From positions 1 to 52,037 of IMG/VR virus record IMGVR_UViG_3300025151_000050: a DNA stretch of 52,037 bases. One strand, written 5' to 3'. This stretch comes from a virus (Duplodnaviria > Caudoviricetes). Within the stretch, counting starts at the first letter, position 1, and each line of letters opens with the position of its first letter. Under the pieces are notes generated by a model, which saw nothing but the letters and a program-made list of their open reading frames with translations, was not told where the DNA came from and did not search any database. A program made the translations under genes and the position numbers. Shown here in pieces: positions 22,101 through 28,877 of this stretch.

Positions 22101-23500
22101 CCGATGATGTATTTGCTAGATTTGAAGGTGATTTTGATGGAGATGAGCTACACATAGAAGTTTTACCTCAAGGTATGGGACAGCCTATGTTAGAATTTTA
22201 TGACAACATAGCTAAAAATTTAAAAGGTATTAGCTTAGATAAGTTTGTTAATCCTAATAATAATGCTAATTTTAGTATAGGCAATAGACGAGATAGATTT
22301 AAAATTATGGAAGCGTTAGGTCATGGAAATAATGCCATGGGAGAAATATCTAATGTTCAAGGCGTTTACGGTCAAATGGTTCAAATGATAGAGTCAATAG
22401 AGTTGCCATATTCAGGTAAAAAAATTATGCTAAAGCAGCCTACTGATATAATAAAATGGAAGCCTTCTTATTATAAAGATGGAAAATGGTCTGGGAATAT
22501 TAGTGACTTTTTAAGAATAATGTTACAAGCAGCTTTTGATAATAATGAATTTATGCTACTAGGCGAATGGAATTATAATCAGGATGGTCTGTATAGATTT
22601 TTATTTAAAGATGAAAAAGGCAATCCAATTACTGAATTAGATTTTGATTTATTAAGACCATTATTAAAATTAATAAAATCTGCTCAAGACATAAGAAATG
22701 CTAAGACTTATGTTGATGGCCAATTTGATTTGCTTACTACTATGAGAAAAAGTTCAGAGCTAAATAATTTTATTGAACGACTTAATACTGGTATTGTAGG
22801 TGATTTAAAAATTAAAAAATATGATGATGCAGTTATGAGCCCTGTACAAAGCCTTGCAATACTGCCATATCGTTTATATCAGGAATATCTATCTAAATAC
22901 GAAAGAATAGGTGAAAATGGTACTCCATTCCACTTAAACCCTTATCTTCATTATAACGCCCATTTAGACGCTATGGAGCGTATTGATAAAGAAGAGTATG
23001 ATATGTTAGCACAGGCATTAACAGTAGATGGAGTAAATATAGAAGGAAGTGGTGCTTATATAAGACAGCAAGTATCTGAAGGCAATAAATACGCTATGAA
23101 AATGGGTAAGGAATTTTATCGCATATTAGGTGGAGTATCTAAAGCTGGTCCTCAAACTACAGATAGAAATGAAGATTTTATAGCATTTAAAGAACAATAT
23201 AATAAAGAATTTAAAGAATTGTCTAATACAGCACAAGTAGCTGCTACTATTAAGTTCTTAAAAGGAGTAACTATATGGAGAGAAAACATTGCAAAGAAAA
23301 AAACAAAGGCTCCTCATTATTTACCATCTGCTAGTAGGTCTAAAGCAGAATTTCAATTGCTTGATGCAAACGTATTAAGTAGATTCTTTAGATATTATAA
23401 TGAAATAACTAATGCTCCTGAGAATAGAGATTTAAGAGCATCTAAAAGAAAATTAAAATACACTCCTACAATGGATTTATTAAAAAGGTTTGGTTGTTAA
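13166..23500 (+). CDS. Giant ejection polyprotein with zincin protease and double-psi beta-barrel virion RNA polymerase
   Basis: HEFAH at 16385-16399 with downstream EVFAE. RNAP motifs KR, ADGG (21131), SRSP (22013), GDFDGD (22127-22144), MGEISN and QAAFDN. Confidence 0.85.
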   Translation: MAEEKYGIGFNPIEEEDEAVRLLRSLDYIQNQTKPLNDDEKLISGDKEKYVKLPEEEPVVEQIEPQEESEENQQLYNYANQFIEAQNIPIGDSGKPIVNPSDIGLFLKQTNPYDREIQDYDADLLGDKWLRENPNQKQFEIYETSLSDELAYTFREFADNIKLSVPAFLQMAAQQSNEYSYLNTVKSLVGEEPQDIFDDETNIKLPRDKKIDIINMLQDAKKAQLEENRKDVEYMAWMRYAADTPMSEWGEGVWARSAGRSVSNLLLQYLIPTGAAIITRNPNVGLVSSLGLGYLLEGSNQMSSSIDYLMQGKEISLDEYNKKLSLFRNTWSEEYKEQFGEDISEKKLKLDSDTWTNNNFDMSQLSKGIIKEYGHSKEEAYDIAWVAANTYAVASTSIEFFPGMRIMKRAAGVDRKMIGPKTYRASLFSTILNKTSDATKRIAQKTGLATRLSTPAIAANVGKTSILEGATEWMQYNAEVAIETIGPAAYKSESFSEVYDYNTALESFVGGMMGGGIMSLSTDIVNKSGAMQRVANFSKKMYPGRNTIVVKKDDDGRYKLVFNDKFQGVTIGDPEVRNQLLQRNFKKELLRDEQNNEISYSNFREASEVASQLTDEMNKFDNQIFLHKMQSYIGGEVKIEQTSEGKFQVNAYNKEGKFINTIETADTKVAAKKTLKIASQNIVSINKLNEQISEKEMSENRFLQQLKQEESTTGVNVDVKTSEVKNRGLINNRDLNTDINILKAFNPDSEVKTEEENDVIDKVNDDYNLHEDSNIIKEIIEERGGNVILHSGQTPVEFLKEYEDTFGEDSPENVEAIRNILIEDELLPPSEMPQDNESTPAEKVEKEIELGPEGDAVLDRTDIPITTVDRDDNTGRNINIDKGEKLPIQKTPKPKASKKQKELSSLTDEQLKSRLATLISTEKKAGLPLASQKKELLDELKARGIDEKDLDLKQKISPRILEKLEANREKYIEIVLPKDIDGDVEERINYKEFAKELSRLIKIDTPSSDLLTRDFIDNSIKPFFDKRIVNSKGEKLFNVKEVNDPQVFNKGWYVPSEKTLYINTAYATKDTPFHEFAHPILEYMDKQDPKTFDKLYEEILNTPEGKKAHSVVKELYPVDYQNQTALFKHEVFAEALGYMGKKKYLSPADKTLWQKIVDFIKQVFGIKPESWRSMKADKVLTGPNVSIEKLVEVISDPTKKYTLEVFTDEEKLASMQDILLTMPNPSPTMNPTIPQRILTPVFSEIKDAESSQREFLDVVVGEALNEALSNLPDNLTDNDIFNLNKSISLALGKKLKTMLKIPKRLYKGKKYKVGDIDSQVVDILDNSYKELFSQTLVKSGLQSKLSGDDISPKWTNPLFTYSDDRKTITLTAEGSALHDVFKAVQFKNRVSEFLRKKQIKFSVNDINAKFSKQSEFGKESKEIQEFQKYLDKKDILNVDGKRIKSIDSFELAEHFDTYMAEKYPLFYESFPKNYGVEIHKIYRDYELSEQMKENSIANRVAFFDKATTLHNYFSYHGMGKGYKEGPASIDNTAPLFWYSYEKTHDGDIVLYEYQSDIFDKDVSTGLSSNDLIKDLKTKGSDSTTSGFILEKALDVYYGKSSDAVADMLKYGYRIPPVIKRMINFEFKFKDLIKYVDETDENKSLLIKKIVDNNLMPMFHLDDLRNSNKKELFKLLGNHAFDVFKTTGDFNKALNSYKDILSFQVPDVTSFDENRQLNNWENILHEFKVWSSSMSGYNAYGVNKIDNEMSVALMQDIINNKANKERYYEILTAINNGEQVEGGNEAALIALNENKYREISSRYQRIKTEGLNKEKSSNALTEFIKSSIINNPSFMEATLIRYKRSSEIPNLMYKALAMSKRFTKQAEAEFQKGLRFANNAKFLTNEVFSSKEALRAFAEAEFQESIVKFLNIYISNRSSSEIKSKALELANEKNQVNAEKIAKEFKVIKDRHDKMINPVVQSRYFDWIIRHSIINASQLIEEGKSIYLNTGASIHKQEHWDEQNDPFHIYKSPNENKWHITKQILMDDRDALLRQKLSKMFAKDGLEDKYKMNLGMFLDTFTTSGPGLLGYKYEYGEINPYDNKDYREVQDWLSNNIKNAVSVYKPTEKTTVAGFDYKYEATKKRLENWNKVGPWYTALTKIKNLGLEYVTPEWSSVPLLKVTKIPSDLTPTFYQKTVLEISDAEGNPQSLSDIKELANHLLEKRNLTARKKDRIFKNAWKQLNEIKEGIVADPQEFRVAMIDGLPIDIRDDFVKWFKVNFNKDKMQKIRSKEAFGESQEYFLDIEDVASNVMTYLNEMSEGLDDLSNKKQTNEKEIGINELTYFRELGINISQNELKSVRKEAHKIDRFEDWLKEVGPKYFALAPSKMVNWKKNGLQKYYLRIRSSIRVNTSEGVNNERDNFNVEIVDEWIDGQWVVKDFKIGLKGPEDKSSGKKNATFEKIMPFEFVEKGLFGFISPKDMRVSRAKKDEDGEYVLDNTGKAERELKERYGSLTERELLLLSKRLGEKDLAIAFMRGEAGKLGIVRITSDHKNKAKNADDYFDLKGVSPEMKEELMGKGLKFKDNNARMQYIAAEIAVVEAMEKVFPDYLNRSIANVYKRIKLPFTPATFSHEMEDIKLRRISPEELKDLRFVYNNKTNTDGLKNVKGVGVKYIADGGTINGRNIFEKFYKGFGLKRGTAKGKTVIYHNDGSGNVIAVKHQHSMMEKLMDIYVGDKRIAYTDKNGNLFLDNGSPIDMLATEDEIKILTGAGNLSNEIIEIPGNAIGFIKFDEHTSTNGKTAIQAWNHIYDRNLVSAFNQFMVPQAEKEIRKMILLAVDTVNSKSIDKQLELLKILENQDSEGYMPSALEMAKLGAGNHPSMAPVYNKLVQRHIIEPGVQLSKVPGSRLDFAPNFRGDLDRGEVALSIQNAKAIKEKYAEMNDMSLSDVDKLSMKVLNEWLADNPIYIFASRSPIPHVGGAMMARVKRLHGRKGLIEINTDDVFARFEGDFDGDELHIEVLPQGMGQPMLEFYDNIAKNLKGISLDKFVNPNNNANFSIGNRRDRFKIMEALGHGNNAMGEISNVQGVYGQMVQMIESIELPYSGKKIMLKQPTDIIKWKPSYYKDGKWSGNISDFLRIMLQAAFDNNEFMLLGEWNYNQDGLYRFLFKDEKGNPITELDFDLLRPLLKLIKSAQDIRNAKTYVDGQFDLLTTMRKSSELNNFIERLNTGIVGDLKIKKYDDAVMSPVQSLAILPYRLYQEYLSKYERIGENGTPFHLNPYLHYNAHLDAMERIDKEEYDMLAQALTVDGVNIEGSGAYIRQQVSEGNKYAMKMGKEFYRILGGVSKAGPQTTDRNEDFIAFKEQYNKEFKELSNTAQVAATIKFLKGVTIWRENIAKKKTKAPHYLPSASRSKAEFQLLDANVLSRFFRYYNEITNAPENRDLRASKRKLKYTPTMDLLKRFGC

Positions 23501-26500
23501 TGGCTAATAAATGCGATACAGGTAAAGCAGGATTTGATAATTTAAATAACGATAATGAAGCTCGGAACAAAATATCAGCTGCTGATGCTGATAAAAAAGT
23601 TAAAGCTACAGGGCGTTTATTAGAACGTGAAAATATTGTATCAGAATTAGAAAAAAACAACAAACCTAATTCTATTATTAAAGAGAAAGATTTAGACAAC
23701 GCTATTAAAGCTGTATTTGGTAAAGATGAAAGAAAAGTTTTATTACACAAAATTGACTCTTTATTTCATACAAATGAAATGATGCGACCTGTACTTGAAG
23801 ATATAATAAGAGAACATGTTGTTGTACATCAAAAAACAGGTGGTATAAAAGATTTTAATAAGTTAGGTCTTGAAGCATTAACGCCTAGTAGTTTAAAAGT
23901 TGTTTATAGAGAAATGAATAATTTTTTAGCTGCTACTAATGTAGGTGATAAAAAAGGAAATTATGCTGTAGGATTAATTAAGCATTTTAAAGTAAAACTA
24001 TATACTCCAAAAACTTCAGGTAAGACTGTATATGCAGATAAAGATGGTTCATTTTTTAAATTTGCTGATGAAATAACAAGACTGCATGAGAGAATATCGT
24101 ATCGTATTAATGAGTTTATGTTTAAACCAAAGACATGGAAATCTAAAAGACAATATGGTATGAATGACATATTAACTAGCTTAAGAAATTTAGCAGATGA
24201 TATTCCTTTAAATCAGCGTAAAGAGATTGAAAGACCTGATGAAAAAATAGTTACTATATGGTCGTGGATGATGGGTGGTAGAGTTTTTATAGGACCTAAA
24301 ACAATTAAAGTAGATGATAAAGATGTACCTAATCCTAATGTAGGTAAATTAATGATTTATCAAGAAAGAGCTTCTACTGGTAAGAAATATAAAGAGACTG
24401 ATGACCTTATATTTGCATGGCAAGACCCTGTTCTTTTATCTGAATATAAAAACGGAGAGTTTGCAATACCTTTTAGCTCTACAATGTTTAATAATTTATT
24501 AAAATTAGTTGAAAAAGGTAGAGTTGTAGACAATGAAATGCTTGATTATATGAATGAAAGGCATCCTAAGTCTGTAAAAGCAATAGAAGTAGCAATGAAA
24601 AAACTATTTAAAGGATTAACTGGAGTTGAAATTACTAATATATTGTGGAAACCTGAAAGCAAGGAAGCTCTTGCTGCTTTAAATAAGCTTTCTGACAATC
24701 AAAAAGTTTTATATAAAAAACTATTAGATGCATTTCAAGGGTATGCTTTATTAGAACCTTCTATTTACAATGGTCAGGTAGCTCAAAAAAAAGAAAATCA
24801 CTTTCCTGTGCAATATCAAAAAGAAATTATGCCTTATTTAATAGATAATTATATTTCTAGAAGAGAAAGTGAACTTTTTGACAAAAAAGGTGAGCTTGAA
24901 ATATCTACAGGCAAGGAACGAAAAGTTATTAAAAAAGAAATATCTGATTTAAAATCTAATATATCTAGAGCTCAATTTATACGTGATAGAATAGATGGTT
25001 ATCCGTTAGATACTAGCCAAAACATTATACTTCCTATAGCTAAGGATAATAAATTTGTTAAAAGAATTACAAATGCATTCCCTCATGAAGCTATGAGAAC
25101 AGATGGTGGTGTTTATTATACATATTCAAAACATATTATGTCTGGTATACAACGTAACTTTTTAACAGCACAGCTTATAGAATCTCTAGCAACTGCAGGT
25201 AATGAAAAAATACAAGATGCATTAATTAATTACTACAAAGTTCCATTTAATAAGCCTGATGTTAAAACTAATATTTTAGGTACATATACTTCTGTAGAAA
25301 ATATATCTAGACGATTAGGTAGTATTAACATAAATATTACTCCTGAAATGTTAAGCAGAAGAATAGGAACACTTAATTCGTGGGTTACAGCTAATTATTT
25401 ATCAGGACTGGGAACAACTGTACAAAATTTTACAGCTATAAATCAAAACATTATTGACCATAGCTGGGGGTCATTAAGAGATGCACAAGACTCATGGTCT
25501 AAATACAAAAAAGAATGGACTGAACTTATAAATGAATCAGGTATAGTAGAGTTCCAAGACTTTTTTAGTAAATCGATGATTAATGACCTTGCTAATCAAG
25601 AGTTAGAGGATAAAACTTCTGAAACTTTATTGGCATCTATGTTACAATATCACGCTGAAAAGAAAAAAATAGGTGAACCTAAAGCTAGAGAAAACTTTGA
25701 AAGCAACATAGCTAGAGCTTTAAAAGAATCAGCTTTATTTGACCAAAATATTGTTATTCTAGATGAATCAGAAATTAAACAACGTTCTAAAGAAAGAAAG
25801 TCTGAACGTAATAGAAGAATAATAAACAAAATGGTTCAATTTGCTATTAATAAAGAATTTGAATTTAATAGGCATATAAAAGGATGGAAAGTAGTTCCTT
25901 ATACTGCATTAGGAGCTTACCTTAAAACATGGACTGCAATTGCATCTAATATGGGTGTTTTAGGAAGCATGGGCTCTACTGAAGGTTATATAAGAAGTAT
26001 GAGTTTTATTATAGGAGTGCAAACAGCACAAAAGAATGGATATATTAGAGATGATATTCAGCCATGGAAAAATAAGGATGAATTAGGAGCTATTATTGAA
26101 ATAGGTAGAACATTTTCTAGGTTTACTAATTTTGGATTATCAACTACTGATGTAGGAGAAGGTTCTTATGGTAGAATAGGCAATTTAAATATGAAGTTTA
26201 AATACTGGTCTCAACAAAAGTTTGGTAGGGATGTGCGTATTATAAAAAACGCAATTACTTCAATGCAAGATATAGATAAGATAAGTAAAGGTAAAAGTGC
26301 TAATCCATTTTTTAATCCAAAAGAAGTTTTAAAGATATTGAAGCTTATGTTATCACCTAAATATATGGGGAAAGGTTCTGATGCATTAAGAAAAGTTAAT
26401 CCTGAAGTTGCAGCATTAAGAAACTTTTTATTTATACAAGGTATTATGACAATATTATTTGATTTTTTTATATTTGGACCATTATTATTACCTGGATATC

Positions 26501-26835
26501 TAGGAAGACAATTAGCTATAGGTCCTACTAAATATTTAAGAGGAATGGGAAGTGATTTATTATCATTAAGTATGATAGTACCAATGCTTGCATTAATGGC
26601 GTATATGGGAGATGATGAGGAAGAAGATGTAGAAAGAACTCTTACTCAATATTTAAGAAGAACTTATATTGGATATTTGCCTATGATGGCTTGGGATTAC
26701 ATAGTATTTTTATTTTACTTACTAAATGATAATACCAGTGGAGTAGCTAAACAAGCTGGCAACATTACAAGAGCATTGCCAGGTGGTAAATATGCGGGGC
26801 CTGTAGTTAGAGAAGCAATAGAAGCAGCTGAATAG
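23500..26835 (+). CDS. Large ejection protein with C-terminal membrane segments (T7 gp16-like role)
   Basis: TAATG-coupled ATG at 23500. Helical, with several hydrophobic C-terminal segments. Last gene of the late block. Confidence 0.65.
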   Translation: MANKCDTGKAGFDNLNNDNEARNKISAADADKKVKATGRLLERENIVSELEKNNKPNSIIKEKDLDNAIKAVFGKDERKVLLHKIDSLFHTNEMMRPVLEDIIREHVVVHQKTGGIKDFNKLGLEALTPSSLKVVYREMNNFLAATNVGDKKGNYAVGLIKHFKVKLYTPKTSGKTVYADKDGSFFKFADEITRLHERISYRINEFMFKPKTWKSKRQYGMNDILTSLRNLADDIPLNQRKEIERPDEKIVTIWSWMMGGRVFIGPKTIKVDDKDVPNPNVGKLMIYQERASTGKKYKETDDLIFAWQDPVLLSEYKNGEFAIPFSSTMFNNLLKLVEKGRVVDNEMLDYMNERHPKSVKAIEVAMKKLFKGLTGVEITNILWKPESKEALAALNKLSDNQKVLYKKLLDAFQGYALLEPSIYNGQVAQKKENHFPVQYQKEIMPYLIDNYISRRESELFDKKGELEISTGKERKVIKKEISDLKSNISRAQFIRDRIDGYPLDTSQNIILPIAKDNKFVKRITNAFPHEAMRTDGGVYYTYSKHIMSGIQRNFLTAQLIESLATAGNEKIQDALINYYKVPFNKPDVKTNILGTYTSVENISRRLGSININITPEMLSRRIGTLNSWVTANYLSGLGTTVQNFTAINQNIIDHSWGSLRDAQDSWSKYKKEWTELINESGIVEFQDFFSKSMINDLANQELEDKTSETLLASMLQYHAEKKKIGEPKARENFESNIARALKESALFDQNIVILDESEIKQRSKERKSERNRRIINKMVQFAINKEFEFNRHIKGWKVVPYTALGAYLKTWTAIASNMGVLGSMGSTEGYIRSMSFIIGVQTAQKNGYIRDDIQPWKNKDELGAIIEIGRTFSRFTNFGLSTTDVGEGSYGRIGNLNMKFKYWSQQKFGRDVRIIKNAITSMQDIDKISKGKSANPFFNPKEVLKILKLMLSPKYMGKGSDALRKVNPEVAALRNFLFIQGIMTILFDFFIFGPLLLPGYLGRQLAIGPTKYLRGMGSDLLSLSMIVPMLALMAYMGDDEEEDVERTLTQYLRRTYIGYLPMMAWDYIVFLFYLLNDNTSGVAKQAGNITRALPGGKYAGPVVREAIEAAE

Positions 26836-27021
26836 TTAAGCTTGAGCATAATTCAGTAATTTCTTTCTTTCTCTTAATGTAACATGAACTTTTATTTTAT
26901 CTTTATTATCCAAAGAATCATAATCACAATTCACAAATAATTTTGAAAGCATAGTGTCTAAGATAACTACTTTAGCCATAACTTGCATTTGTTCTTGATA
27001 TATTCGTTCCTTATAAGTCAA
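26836..27021 (-). CDS. Hypothetical protein
   Basis: TTG start with AGGAG upstream. Last gene of the - strand block. Confidence 0.55.
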   Translation of the reverse strand: MTYKERIYQEQMQVMAKVVILDTMLSKLFVNCDYDSLDNKDKIKVHVTLRERKKLLNYAQA

Positions 27022-27361
27022 TTTTATCTCCTTTTATTAAATTTAAAAAGCTATCTATTTCAATAGCAGCATATGTTTTACTTCTATTTCGTTTAAAAAT
27101 AAGCACAGGTGTTCTATCATTACAATTTTCTTCTGCTTGTTCTAATGAAGACCATATATTTAGTCGTTCTTGATTTTTACATTCAAAACTATATGGTATA
27201 AGTTTTCTTGCAGCAGGAGAAAGTTTTATATCCTCACCTGACTCTCCCATAATAGCTGACTTTATATCATCTTCTTCTAAACTGCTAAATAAACTTCTTA
27301 ATTTGTCTCTTACGAAATCTTGAAGTTTTCTACCTTTAGCTTTTTTTGATGCAGTCTTCAT
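27011..27361 (-). CDS. PD-(D/E)XK nuclease, Holliday junction resolvase-like
   Basis: AKGRKLQ...GESGEDI...SFECKNQE...PVLIFKRNR. The start at MKTASKK is preferred. Confidence 0.85.
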   Translation of the reverse strand: MKTASKKAKGRKLQDFVRDKLRSLFSSLEEDDIKSAIMGESGEDIKLSPAARKLIPYSFECKNQERLNIWSSLEQAEENCNDRTPVLIFKRNRSKTYAAIEIDSFLNLIKGDKIDL

Positions 27362-27542
27362 ATAATAATACCCTATCAAGCCTTCTATTAGTTACTCTTT
27401 TAAATTCTCTTAACTTACATTCATTAACTATTTCATCAACTCCATCTTTCAGTAATTTCTCTATTGAAAGCAAAGCTTCTCTTGTAAGCTGAATTTCTGA
27501 GTCTCTAAAGGCTTCTCTTATATATTTTTTAGATATACCCAT
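27336..27542 (-). CDS. Histone-fold-like small protein
   Basis: 68 aa with short helix, loop IQLTREA, long helix, loop FKRVT and short helix, the spacing of a prokaryotic histone fold. Confidence 0.6.
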   Translation of the reverse strand: MGISKKYIREAFRDSEIQLTREALLSIEKLLKDGVDEIVNECKLREFKRVTNRRLDRVLLYEDCIKKS

Positions 27543-27742
27543 TACATTCCCATTCTATTTCTTATTCTATCAAAAATACTTTTTCTTTCTTCATGTTCTT
27601 TGCTAACTTTAATTAACTCTGCAGCCATTTGAGTAATATCAACTTCAATTCTCTCTAAATCTTGACCAAGCTTACTAACTTTATCAAATAATTTATCAAT
27701 ATCAATTGAAGGTGTTTTAGTTTCTTTTTTTGCTTTTGTCAT
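27542..27742 (-). CDS. Small coiled-coil protein
   Basis: AAGGAG RBS and heptad pattern. Confidence 0.7.
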   Translation of the reverse strand: MTKAKKETKTPSIDIDKLFDKVSKLGQDLERIEVDITQMAAELIKVSKEHEERKSIFDRIRNRMGM

Positions 27743-27848
27743 TATAGCTCCTTTGATTCATTCGTTTAATAGCCTTTTCTCTATCAGCTAATATTTTGTC
27801 TATTTTTTCTAGATGAAGTATTTCACCACAGCGTTCACACACTATCAT
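27717..27848 (-). CDS. 43-aa protein with CxxC (MIVCERCGEILHLEKID...)
   Basis: Not in the ORF track. GGAG RBS, fills the gap between neighbours. Confidence 0.5.
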   Translation of the reverse strand: MIVCERCGEILHLEKIDKILADREKAIKRMNQRSYNDKSKKRN

Positions 27849-27887
27849 TTAATCTCTCCATATTTTTTAATAATATATTTTCTTAGT

Positions 27888-28097
27888 TTATTTAGAGTCT
27901 TTTGTATCTTCTTTTGGTCCAGATTCTTTAACTTTATATTTCTTCGAGAGGAACTCAATAAAATCTTCCTTTTTTCCTAAAAATTCAATTAGGTCTGTTA
28001 ATGTTTTACCTACAACTTCTACTGCATGATTATATTTATTATCTACAGCTCCTATATAATTTTGTAATTGCTGATTAGTTAATTTCTTATTCTTCAT
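27888..28097 (-). CDS. Hypothetical protein
   Basis: ORF overlapping the upstream stop, in operon orientation. Confidence 0.7.
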   Translation of the reverse strand: MKNKKLTNQQLQNYIGAVDNKYNHAVEVVGKTLTDLIEFLGKKEDFIEFLSKKYKVKESGPKEDTKDSK

Positions 28098-28272
28098 TTA
28101 AAAAGCTTCTCCATAATTTGAAAGTATGACGTTGTTTTTTTCTCCAAGCTTCATGCTCTTTAGCTGTTCTAGGTTTGCGTCCTAATTTTTTGCGTTTAGC
28201 TTCTACAGCTTTCTTTAAATTATCAGGGTTAGAGTCAAATCCACCCTTCTTATGATACATTTTAGATTTCAT
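28087..28272 (-). CDS. Small basic hypothetical protein
   Basis: GGAG RBS, overlapping neighbours, K/R-rich. Confidence 0.65.
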   Translation of the reverse strand: MKSKMYHKKGGFDSNPDNLKKAVEAKRKKLGRKPRTAKEHEAWRKKQRHTFKLWRSFLNEE

Positions 28273-28498
28273 TCATTTTCTCCCAATATTTATTACGAAC
28301 TTTTCTTTTTAATTTGCTATCAGTCTTTCGATACTTTCTAAGTATCCATTCATTATTTATTTTAAATGTATAAAAGTCTTTTTCTTCCCATTGTAATCTA
28401 TGATATTTAGCTTTAGGATGTGGTCTAGGATTATTAATATTCCATTGCTCATCTATCGCTGTTAAAAAAAATACTAATATATATCCTTTAATTACCAT
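28262..28498 (-). CDS. Hypothetical protein with hydrophobic N-terminus
   Basis: ORF in operon orientation with AGGT upstream. Confidence 0.6.
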   Translation of the reverse strand: MVIKGYILVFFLTAIDEQWNINNPRPHPKAKYHRLQWEEKDFYTFKINNEWILRKYRKTDSKLKRKVRNKYWEKMNEI

Positions 28499-28587
28499 CT
28501 ACCTAAATAATCTATTATTTTAACAAACAATAAAATGCTTAATATGATAAATACTGCATAGCATATTATAAATATAAATATATTCAT
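28492..28587 (-). CDS. 31-aa single-pass membrane peptide (MNIFIFIICYAVFIILSILLFVKIIDYLGRW)
   Basis: Not in the ORF track. ATGA-coupled upstream, overlapping the downstream start, entirely hydrophobic. Confidence 0.5.
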   Translation of the reverse strand: MNIFIFIICYAVFIILSILLFVKIIDYLGRW

Positions 28588-28787
28588 TTAAATAACTTTA
28601 TCGCTTGTAGAGTTAATGGATGGTCGCAAAACTGCCTACATCCTTTATTAATAATTTTTTTTGGTATATCTTTTGGTTCTTCGTCTTTAAAATACTTAAA
28701 CCAAGTACATTTATTATTTTCAAAGAACTTACAATTAAAACAAGAAACCTGGGGGGCTTCGCCCCCCATTAGTTTCCTTTTCGACAA
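28584..28787 (-). CDS. Small Cys-rich, possibly metal-binding protein (start uncertain)
   Basis: CFNCKFF...CTWF...GCRQFC. Confidence 0.55.
   Translation of the reverse strand: MSKRKLMGGEAPQVSCFNCKFFENNKCTWFKYFKDEEPKDIPKKIINKGCRQFCDHPLTLQAIKLFK
28750..28768 (-). terminator. GC hairpin TGGGGGGC-GAA-GCCCCCCA, possible terminator/attenuator
   Basis: Perfect 8-bp stem followed on the - strand by GGTTTCTT, a weak U tract. Confidence 0.5.
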
Positions 28788-28877
28788 GACAACACCATCC
28801 CTGGCATTACCTAAATCTCTTCATATCTTATAAGATATCCACATATCATAGATAATAATGTAAGATATTATTAATAG

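Noticed and set aside
1771-24170. Many - strand ORFs inside the late genes, and similar antisense or alternate-frame ORFs elsewhere (e.g. 29817-30107, 38118-38324, 40570-40884, 46329-46712)
   Set aside because: Shadow frames of long genes with no convincing RBS, no motifs and atypical composition.
700-27542. A unified 'phage chromatin code' of histone, basic peptides, methylase, GNAT and phosphatase
   Set aside because: The genes are scattered over two oppositely transcribed blocks and the GNAT has a conventional ejection-cluster position. Nothing in the sequence links them, so they are reported separately.
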